A DNA stretch of 32,000 bases from Archaeoglobus fulgidus DSM 4304. GTDB taxonomy: Archaea; Halobacteriota; Archaeoglobi; Archaeoglobales; Archaeoglobaceae. The translations under genes were made by a program, and so were the position numbers. The DNA is taken from NCBI RefSeq assembly GCF_000008665.1, contig NC_000917.1, forward strand, positions 1,140,001 through 1,172,000. Direction: 5' to 3'. The notes beneath the pieces are model-generated. The model saw nothing but the letters and a program-made list of their open reading frames with translations. It was not told the origin of the DNA and ran no database searches. Position 1 is the stretch's first letter; each line of letters begins with the position of its first letter. Below are positions 1 through 6,698 of the stretch, piece after piece.

Positions 1-951
1 CTCAGGAAGCGGGCCGTCATCTCTTATTGAGCCTGCAAGGATGAAGGGAACATTGTTCTTAACGCACTCGTACATTATGCCGTCCTTGATTATCCCCTTC
101 TCTATGGCCTTCTTTATGCCCCCAGCAGCGATAACCTTGCTTATGGTGTAGAGGTGGTGTCTGTTTCCTCCTGGCACTGGCCTGCCCTTGCAGATGTCCA
201 TTCCAAGGGAGGTGCCGAAGATTGAGATTTCGATGTCGTGCACGGCTAAAGCATTCCCTGAAAGGAGCAAATCAACGTAACCGTCCCTTATCAGGGCGGC
301 CAAGGCATTTCTGGCTGAGGTGTGGTCAACTGCCGGACCAGCGACGACCGCAATCTTCCCGCCCTTGAGCTTCAGCTCGTAAATCTCCCTTGCAATTGCC
401 TCAATCATCCTCTCGGTCGGCCTTTCCGAGGAAACTCTGCCCCCCATGAACTCAAAAACGGTCGATTTTCTCGGCCTCTCTGGAGGGACGACCCTCACAC
501 CCTTCTCGCCCACCACAACCCTGTCGCCCCTGACGACCTCATCGATTGGTATGCAGTAAGCCCTCCCATCCCTGATAACTATCACTCTGTCCATGCTGAT
601 GTCCTCAACTGGCAGCCACTCTCCGCCGTATCTAACGAATGTGGGGTGGTTTGTAGTCACATAAAAGCCGTCGGGGAGAACCTTGTCAGCAGGAGCTTCG
701 GCTAGCTCAACCTCCTCTATATCGGGAATCCTCGCCCCTATTTTGTGAAGCTCCTTCAGAATCTGCTCAAGGTGAGCGTCATCCCTCCCAAAGACTATCA
801 TCCTTGCATAGCTCGGGTCATCTTTCTTTTTACCTACTCTGAACTCCAGAATCTCGAACTCGCCATCAAGGTCGAGTATAATGTCCAGTGCCTTCGTAAA
901 AATCATGGAGTCAATCAGATGCCCCTCAAACTCAACCTCTCTTGCCTTCAT
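1..951 (-). CDS. LOR/SDH conserved-region protein (TIGR00300-like, archaeal-type ornithine cyclodeaminase-like); N-terminal 317 codons, 3' end runs off the window
   Basis: Absent from the supplied ORF track because it is open to the window edge. My own minus-strand translation from ATG 951..949 reads MKAREVEFEGHLIDSMIFTKALDIILDLDGEFEILEFRVGKKKDDPSYARMIVFG...GGKIAVVAGPAVDHTSARNALAALIRDGYVDLLLSGNALAVHDIEISIFGTSLG...NNVPFILAGSIRDDGPLPE, with no stop down to nt 1. The start overlaps the upstream gene's stop (ATGA at 948-951). The family call is from memory. Confidence 0.7.
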   Translation of the reverse strand, partial: MKAREVEFEGHLIDSMIFTKALDIILDLDGEFEILEFRVGKKKDDPSYARMIVFGRDDAHLEQILKELHKIGARIPDIEEVELAEAPADKVLPDGFYVTTNHPTFVRYGGEWLPVEDISMDRVIVIRDGRAYCIPIDEVVRGDRVVVGEKGVRVVPPERPRKSTVFEFMGGRVSSERPTERMIEAIAREIYELKLKGGKIAVVAGPAVDHTSARNALAALIRDGYVDLLLSGNALAVHDIEISIFGTSLGMDICKGRPVPGGNRHHLYTISKVIAAGGIKKAIEKGIIKDGIMYECVKNNVPFILAGSIRDDGPLPE

Positions 952-1718
952 ACAATCACCCTCATCAGGTAATCCCTGCTTTCAATTATGGATTTTTCCT
1001 CTCTTGTCTCAATGGTTAAAAAACCTGTGTATCTGTTCAGGTTGAATTTACTCAAATCAACAGTTCCGCGGCCGAGAGCTAAATGCTGGTCTGCGGTGCC
1101 GTCGTTGTCGTGCAGGTGCATGTTAACAACTCTGTCGAAGTTTTTGAGGAAGAAGGGGTTTTCCCGTATGTTGTAGTGCCCTACGTCTATCGTGAGCCCG
1201 AGTGTGGTTTTGCCCATTATCTCATTCAAAGCCCTCTCCAGACCGTCTTCTATCATGATAGTGTTTTCGAGAGCGAGCTGAACTGGGCAGGTTTTTACGA
1301 AGGGCAGGAACTCATTCAACAGAACGCTCTCGTTGTGCCTGTCGAAAAGGGATTTGTTGAAGTAGAAATTGCCGTTGTTTATGAAGGCCGGATTCCAGCC
1401 TATGTGGAACGTCACCACCTCCGCCCCGCACTTCTCGGCAAAGTAGCAGACCTTGCTCATCTCCTTGTAGCTGGCCTTTCTCATCTCATTGCTTATCGAA
1501 ATGAAGTTCGTGCTCGTTGCCGGGGCGTGGATGAGCAAGTCCAGATCATAGCTCCACTTCAACTCAATTACCTCAGCAAAGCTCAGATTTTCAAGAGAGT
1601 AGAGGGGGTGGTCCATCAGAATCTCGACATGGGTGAAACCGTTGTTTGCGGCGAACTCAAAGGCCTCTTTCGGAGAGTGCCTCACATCGGGCTGCATTCC
1701 GAGCTTCGCCGATATCAC
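948..1718 (-). CDS. sugar phosphate isomerase/epimerase (xylose isomerase-like TIM barrel / AP endonuclease 2 family)
   Basis: 256-aa ORF. It has family-typical metal-ligand strings (FTHVEIL, HAP, VTFHIG, ALEN, DVGH, HLHDNDG..DQHLALGRG). Both ends overlap the neighbouring genes by 4 nt. Confidence 0.8.
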   Translation of the reverse strand: MISAKLGMQPDVRHSPKEAFEFAANNGFTHVEILMDHPLYSLENLSFAEVIELKWSYDLDLLIHAPATSTNFISISNEMRKASYKEMSKVCYFAEKCGAEVVTFHIGWNPAFINNGNFYFNKSLFDRHNESVLLNEFLPFVKTCPVQLALENTIMIEDGLERALNEIMGKTTLGLTIDVGHYNIRENPFFLKNFDRVVNMHLHDNDGTADQHLALGRGTVDLSKFNLNRYTGFLTIETREEKSIIESRDYLMRVIV

Positions 1719-2587
1719 GGTTCCACCATCGTCCCGATTCCCTCTTTAGTGAAAAGCTCTATCAGTATGGAATGGGGACGTGAGCCGTCGATTATGTGGG
1801 CCCTCTCAACTCCGCTTTTCAGAGCCTTAATGACGGCATCGACCTTGGGTATCATGCCTCCCCTTATGACTCCCTTGCTTCTCATGTTCTCGAGCTCTGA
1901 CAGCCGGATTCTGGAAATCAGCGTTGATTTGTCATCCGGATTCTCGAGTATTCCCGGAACGTCGGTTAGCATGATGAGCTTCTTCGCCTTCAAAGCTGCA
2001 GCAATGTCTCCCGCAACAACATCGGCATTCAGGTTGTAGGTGTTTCCCGCAAGGTCGGTTGCCACGGGGGACACGACTGGAATGAACCCGTTATCAAGCA
2101 GAATTCTGATAATTTCGGGATTTACAAATTCGGTCTCCCCAACAAAGCCGAGGTCGATTATTACCTCCTCTTCACCCTTCTTCATCCTCATTTCCTTTTT
2201 TCTGGCCACAATCAGCAAACCGTCCTTCCCGCTAAGGCCAACGGCCTTGCCGCCGTTTCTTATAAAGGTCGTAACAATCTTAGAGTTGACCTTTCCGTCC
2301 AGAACCATCTCCACAACTTCCATTGTCTCTTTATCAGTCACCCTCAGTCCTTCAACAAATTTGGGCTTCAGTCCGAATTTCTCCATTTTTTCGGAAATCT
2401 CGGGCCCACCGCCGTGCACCACCACCGGCTTTATACCGACGAAGTAAAGAAGCACTATATCCTTGATGGTGTCCTCAAGAATCCTGTCGTTGACCATCGC
2501 ATGACCGCCAATCTTGATAACCATCGTGGTGGAGTGAAAATCCTTTATATATGGAAGAGCCTCGATCAGCAGTTCCACGTTTTCCAT
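1715..2587 (-). CDS. argB: acetylglutamate kinase
   Basis: 290-aa ORF with amino-acid-kinase motifs (VIKIGGHAM, VVVHGGGPEI, YNLNADVVAGDIAAAL). Confidence 0.9.
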   Translation of the reverse strand: MENVELLIEALPYIKDFHSTTMVIKIGGHAMVNDRILEDTIKDIVLLYFVGIKPVVVHGGGPEISEKMEKFGLKPKFVEGLRVTDKETMEVVEMVLDGKVNSKIVTTFIRNGGKAVGLSGKDGLLIVARKKEMRMKKGEEEVIIDLGFVGETEFVNPEIIRILLDNGFIPVVSPVATDLAGNTYNLNADVVAGDIAAALKAKKLIMLTDVPGILENPDDKSTLISRIRLSELENMRSKGVIRGGMIPKVDAVIKALKSGVERAHIIDGSRPHSILIELFTKEGIGTMVEP

Positions 2588-2755
2588 GTGTCCAGATTCA
2601 GGTTGGGATACTTAAGGATTATCAGACCGCATTGCTGGAGGCAAGTGTTAAAAACTGCCTGGATTCCCAAAATCGGCGTGGATGGCTCAGGCAATCTGCT
2701 GAGCAATTGTAAAGCTGCTGAATGGTAGTAGCCTTGAAAAATCTTTAGATTGGAG

Positions 2756-2830
2756 CGGACCCGGCGGGATTTGAACCCGCGATCTACGGCTTAGAAGGCC
2801 GTCGCTCTATCCATGCTGAGCCACGGGCCC
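2756..2830 (-). tRNA. tRNA-Arg (anticodon UCU)
   Basis: Hand-folded cloverleaf: GGGCCCG UG GCUC AGCAUGGAUA GAGC G ACGGC CUUCUAA GCCGU AGAUC GCGGG UUCAAAU CCCGC CGGGUCC G. All four stems pair. U33 and A37 are present. CCA is not encoded directly after the discriminator. Confidence 0.9.
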
Positions 2831-2853
2831 TTAAGGGTAGGGGGGCATTGGTG

Positions 2854-2861
2854 TTTATATC
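2854..2861 (-). promoter_or_regulatory. putative TATA box for tRNA-Arg
   Basis: The minus strand reads TGATATAAAC about 23 nt upstream of the tRNA 5' end. It overlaps the pfpI stop codon. Confidence 0.4.
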
Positions 2862-3366
2862 AGTATCGCTTAAGGATTTTGATAAGCTCCCCGCAGAAGT
2901 ACGGCAAGTCGTCGGGCATACGGGAGGTTATTACGTTCCCGTCAACAACAACCGGCCTGTCTTCGTAAAGGGCTCCCGCTGCAATCAAATCGTCTCTTAT
3001 TCCAATCCAGGACGTCATTCTTCTTCCCTTAACGGCCATCGCCGATATCAAAAGCTGAGGTCCGTGGCAGATGGCTGCAACTGGCTTTCCAAGCTCCAAA
3101 AAGTCCTTGACTATCTCAACAGCCCTCTCGTTTATTCTGACCCTTTCAGGGGACTTTCCGCCAGGGATGACCAGCCCGGCGTAATCCTCAACCTTCACAT
3201 CCTCGTAGGTTAAATCCGGCCTCACCTGATAGCCTTTCTTCCCCACCCTGACTTCGAGAGACGATGAGGCGACCTTCACCTCTAACCCCTCTTCCCGGAG
3301 CCTGTAGAGCGGGTAGAAAAGCTCGAGGTCCTCAAATTCATTCTCAGCCAGAATCAGCACCCTCAT
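2860..3366 (-). CDS. pfpI: DJ-1/PfpI family intracellular protease
   Basis: 168-aa ORF with the nucleophile elbow AAICHGPQLL and overall PfpI-like length and sequence. Confidence 0.9.
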   Translation of the reverse strand: MRVLILAENEFEDLELFYPLYRLREEGLEVKVASSSLEVRVGKKGYQVRPDLTYEDVKVEDYAGLVIPGGKSPERVRINERAVEIVKDFLELGKPVAAICHGPQLLISAMAVKGRRMTSWIGIRDDLIAAGALYEDRPVVVDGNVITSRMPDDLPYFCGELIKILKRY

Positions 3367-3384
3367 GATAACAGCTCAAAAACC

Positions 3385-3393
3385 TAATATTTA
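3385..3393. promoter_or_regulatory. near-symmetric TATA element (TAATATTTA) between the divergent pfpI and hypothetical genes
   Basis: It is centred about 23 nt from the pfpI ATG (3366) and about 24 nt from the in-frame GTG at 3413. This spacing fits leaderless transcripts in both directions. Confidence 0.45.
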
Positions 3394-3412
3394 CCTTTTC
3401 CCAATCTTACTT

Positions 3413-4003
3413 GTGGAGAGAAAACTTAGAAACCTTCAGCTTGCCGAGAAGGTAGAAAAAATAGCGGAAAAAGACGTTAATCTCGCTGAAAAGGTTGTCA
3501 GAAGCTTTGAAGACAGGGAAGCAAAGATTTTCGGCTTCTTAACCCTCTTCAAACTAACGAGAAACCCCGAATACCTCAAAGATGCCGTTGAGATGGCTGA
3601 AACTGACGAAGACTATCTCATGATAGTGGAGCGCTCCGAAGAGGCTTTGCCTGAAATTGCCGAGATGATTGAAAGCAGCTACCGCAAAAATCTGGCGTAC
3701 TGTGTGCTTCTCGAAAAAACTGGTGATCTTAATTTAACCACGAAGATTTCGGACGTCAGACTTCTCTCAGCTTCACTGAAAAGGGTTGCCATGAAGAGGC
3801 ATTACCCTGAGAGTCTAAGGGTTGCGAGAATGATTCCAGACCCCTACTACAGGGCTTTGGCTCTCATGGAGCTTGGTGAGAAGGAGAGAATCGACTTGAA
3901 AGATGAGATTGCTGAAGCGGTGAAGCAGGTGGACAATGCAGCAATGAGGAGGAGGCTTGAGGAGAAAATGAAGAAAAATATTAATTCTCCGAAGCAACTC
4001 TGA
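3413..4003 (+). CDS. hypothetical protein (helical, charged); ORF is open from 3365, GTG 3413 preferred as start
   Basis: The ORF 3365..4003 is in the track. The ATG at 3365 shares the CATG with the pfpI start codon, which leaves no promoter space. The GTG at 3413 is correctly spaced from the TATA at 3385-3393. I recognise no family. Confidence 0.5.
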   Translation: MERKLRNLQLAEKVEKIAEKDVNLAEKVVRSFEDREAKIFGFLTLFKLTRNPEYLKDAVEMAETDEDYLMIVERSEEALPEIAEMIESSYRKNLAYCVLLEKTGDLNLTTKISDVRLLSASLKRVAMKRHYPESLRVARMIPDPYYRALALMELGEKERIDLKDEIAEAVKQVDNAAMRRRLEEKMKKNINSPKQL

Positions 4004-4005
4004 TT

Positions 4006-4308
4006 ATGGGCGAGACGAGCGTAACACTAATTGGCTTAATTGTAGGGCTCCTTTTCGGTCTCAGCGGTATAGCAACTCTCCTAAGCCTGATGAGTGACGT
4101 CGTCAGCGACGCGCAGGCTCAGCTTTCTCAGCTTGGCGTTGCTTCAACGCTTGTAATGCTGGTTATCGCGCTGATTCTGATAATTAAAGTCAGAGTGCTT
4201 TCCGCCCTTATTGTGGGTGCTGTGATTGGAGCAGTGCTGAATTTGGTCCTACAGGCCAACGGTGTGAACATTCTGGAGATGCTGAGGGCAGCAGTGTTCG
4301 GAACATGA
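4006..4308 (+). CDS. small hypothetical membrane protein (about 3 predicted TM segments)
   Basis: 100-aa ORF that starts 2 nt after the upstream stop. It has hydrophobic stretches (LIGLIVGLLFGLSGIATLL, LVMLVIALILII, ALIVGAVIGAVLNLVL). Confidence 0.55.
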   Translation: MGETSVTLIGLIVGLLFGLSGIATLLSLMSDVVSDAQAQLSQLGVASTLVMLVIALILIIKVRVLSALIVGAVIGAVLNLVLQANGVNILEMLRAAVFGT

Positions 4309-4369
4309 GTTTGACCGGTTTGGTCAAAACTGCGAAAGTGATTTAACAAGAAATCAAAAAGCCTAAATC

Positions 4370-4774
4370 ATGGACGAGTTAGAGCTAATCAGACAGAAAA
4401 AACTCAAGGAGATGATGCAGAAAATGAGTGGTGAGGAGAAGGCTAGAAAGGTTTTGGATTCTCCGGTAAAGCTGAACTCATCGAATTTCGACGAGACGCT
4501 GAAAAACAACGAGAACGTGGTAGTGGACTTCTGGGCGGAGTGGTGCATGCCGTGCAAAATGATTGCTCCGGTTATTGAGGAGCTGGCAAAGGAGTACGCG
4601 GGAAAGGTGGTGTTCGGAAAGCTGAACACAGACGAGAATCCAACCATCGCGGCAAGGTACGGAATTTCAGCCATTCCAACGCTGATATTTTTCAAAAAAG
4701 GAAAGCCGGTGGACCAGCTTGTGGGAGCAATGCCGAAAAGCGAGCTGAAGAGATGGGTTCAGAGGAATCTCTAA
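4370..4774 (+). CDS. trxA: thioredoxin (CMPC active site, N-terminal helical extension)
   Basis: 134-aa ORF with WAEWCMPCK, and PTLIFFKKGK giving the cis-Pro region. Confidence 0.9.
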   Translation: MDELELIRQKKLKEMMQKMSGEEKARKVLDSPVKLNSSNFDETLKNNENVVVDFWAEWCMPCKMIAPVIEELAKEYAGKVVFGKLNTDENPTIAARYGISAIPTLIFFKKGKPVDQLVGAMPKSELKRWVQRNL

Positions 4775-5829
4775 ACGAACATTTGCTTGGGCGGCTGTCT
4801 TGAGGGCATCTTGACCTTCTCGGCAGCCGTGAGCAAATCTTCGGTTTCTATTTTATCTTTTCCCTCCGCAATCGCCTTGTGCAGAGAGGCTTTTATCACC
4901 TTCTCAACCAGGTCTCTGCCGCTGAATCCCTCCGATGCAGCAGCAACAAGCTCAAGCCTGGCCTTAACAGGAACTGGGAATTCTTCAAGGTTTCTCCTTA
5001 GGATTTCAAGTCTCTCCTCATAGCTGGGCAGCCTGAACTCTATCTCCTCCTCGAATCTGCTCCTTATCGATGCGTCAAGCAGCTCAACTCTGTTTGTTGC
5101 AGCAATCGTGCATATCCCCTCGTTGCTGTTCGTCCCGTCAAGCTCTGTCAGCAGGGCATTCACAATTTCCGAAACATCGCCCCTGATTTCCTGATAGCCT
5201 CGGTCAAGGGCTATTGCATCGAACTCGTCCAGAAAGACTATACAGGGAGCAAGCTGCCTTGCCCTCTCGTAGAGCTCGTGAACTCTTCTCGCTCCGTCAC
5301 CAACATGCTCTCCGATAAGCTTCGTTGACTTCACCGACAAAAAGGGTGTTTTTGCCTCGTTGGACAGGGCTTTGGCCATCATCGTCTTACCTGTGCCGGG
5401 TGGGCCGTAGAAGAGCACGTTCTTCGGAGCCCACTTGCCGAACTTTTCTGGATTCCTGAGATACTCAAGAATGACCTTTGCCTTCCTCTTTGCCTCTTCC
5501 TGCCCAACCACATCGTCCAGCGTGATGTCTCTGACAATTTCGGTCTCGATAACTCTGGGGTCGCTTTCCACGAGGATTATCGTGGAGTCCGAAATGTACC
5601 CCGATGGCGGGTCGCAGTCGATTACCTCAAAGGCAAAGTCGGGAAACATCCTCATATCGAAAATTAGCTTGTTCTTGTGCACAAACTCCCCCTTCCACTG
5701 GTCTTTAGCGTAAACATCAAAGACCTTCGGATTATCCACCTGGGGATATTCGTGATAGCTCGCCTTGAGGGGGTAGCCCAAAGGACGAACTATCAGGTAT
5801 CTCAACTCAGCCGTTTCCCTCTTTGCCAT
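4771..5829 (-). CDS. single-module AAA+ ATPase, AMA-type (AAA protein of Archaeoglobus and methanogens)
   Basis: 352-aa ORF with Walker A GPPGTGKT, Walker B IVFLDEFD and the second region of homology ATNRVELLDASIRSRF. The N-domain of about 110 aa is non-AAA. The AMA assignment is from memory. Confidence 0.85.
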   Translation of the reverse strand: MAKRETAELRYLIVRPLGYPLKASYHEYPQVDNPKVFDVYAKDQWKGEFVHKNKLIFDMRMFPDFAFEVIDCDPPSGYISDSTIILVESDPRVIETEIVRDITLDDVVGQEEAKRKAKVILEYLRNPEKFGKWAPKNVLFYGPPGTGKTMMAKALSNEAKTPFLSVKSTKLIGEHVGDGARRVHELYERARQLAPCIVFLDEFDAIALDRGYQEIRGDVSEIVNALLTELDGTNSNEGICTIAATNRVELLDASIRSRFEEEIEFRLPSYEERLEILRRNLEEFPVPVKARLELVAAASEGFSGRDLVEKVIKASLHKAIAEGKDKIETEDLLTAAEKVKMPSRQPPKQMFV

Positions 5830-5871
5830 TCACACAATATTTGCTCCTCTGCTTAATATGTCTTTTTATCG

Positions 5872-6692
5872 TCACTCCAGCAAGACGCGTATAACCGTCA
5901 GCGTTGAACTTCTGGCTATCTCCGGAATGCTTCCACCCCCGAGAACCACAACAAGCTTTCCGTTGCAAATCTCTTCTGCCAGCTGTTTAATCTTTACTGC
6001 TATCTCCCTGTAGTCCCTAACTTTCAGACCGATATCTCCGTAATCCCCGACGTGCGTGTCATGGCCGAAGTACCAGAAAAGGATGTCCGGATTGAAGTTC
6101 TTAGCCTGATCGCAGAACATTTCAACAGCATCTCTGTAAGAGTGGGTAAAGTAGCTGACGTCGATTTTTAGCCCGTCTTCCGATACGTAATCTCTGTCGC
6201 AAATGCAGAAGTGCAGCGCTTTGAAATCATTGAGCTCAATAAGCTCTCTCGTTCCATCGCCATGATGCGCGTCGGTGTCTATGATGGCAACCCTGAGCTC
6301 ACCAAACTTGTCGTAGAGGTTTTGAATCGCCAGAACCACGTCGTTGAAGCAGCAGTATCCCCAAAAGTAATCTCTGCCTGCATGATGCCCCCCAGCTCCG
6401 ATGTAGCAGAAGGCGTTTTTCAGCTCTTCGCAGTAAACCATCTCCGCTGCCCTAACAACTCCCCTGCGGAGTGCCAGGCTGTCGAGCAGAGAGGGTCCTT
6501 TTTCACCCCTTCAAGGTGCTCTTTGGTGTGTATTTTCAAAATCAGCTCCTCATCGACTGCTGGCGATTCGATAATCTTCAATTTTGGGCTCTCAATTTCT
6601 GCAAAAGCTTCGGGAAAGTCTCTCAGCCTTGTTCCCAGTGTGAGATAGCTTCTTCTGCTGAAAGAAGGGTGATAAAAAACACCAGTAAACAT
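5872..6692 (-). pseudogene. histone deacetylase/AcuC/AphA-family deacetylase, split by a 1-nt frameshift
   Basis: Two overlapping ORFs, 6420..6692 and 5872..6441, lie in different frames. Joined, they read ...STAWHSAG|GVVRAAEMVYCEEL...IGAGGHHAGRD...DTDAHHGDG...FGHDTHVGD. The frame break is at the C4 run 6461-6464 (G4 on the coding strand), where one more G would restore the frame. Confidence 0.8.
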
Positions 6693-6698
6693 AAAAAT

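Noticed and set aside
322-705. 127-aa plus-strand ORF in the supplied track
   Set aside because: It lies entirely antisense to the well-supported LOR/SDH-like gene (1..951, minus strand). It has low-complexity Pro/Arg/Leu-rich composition typical of shadow ORFs and no recognisable motif.
1083-2039. 318-aa plus-strand ORF
   Set aside because: It is antisense and spans the junction of two strongly supported minus-strand genes (the TIM-barrel gene and argB). It is a shadow frame of GC-biased codons.
4310-4328. Hairpin TTTGACC-GGTTT-GGTCAAA directly after the small membrane protein's stop
   Set aside because: It has only a 7-bp stem and is not followed by a T-run on either strand. Without conservation data it cannot be distinguished from chance, a weak operator for trx, or an RNA stability element.
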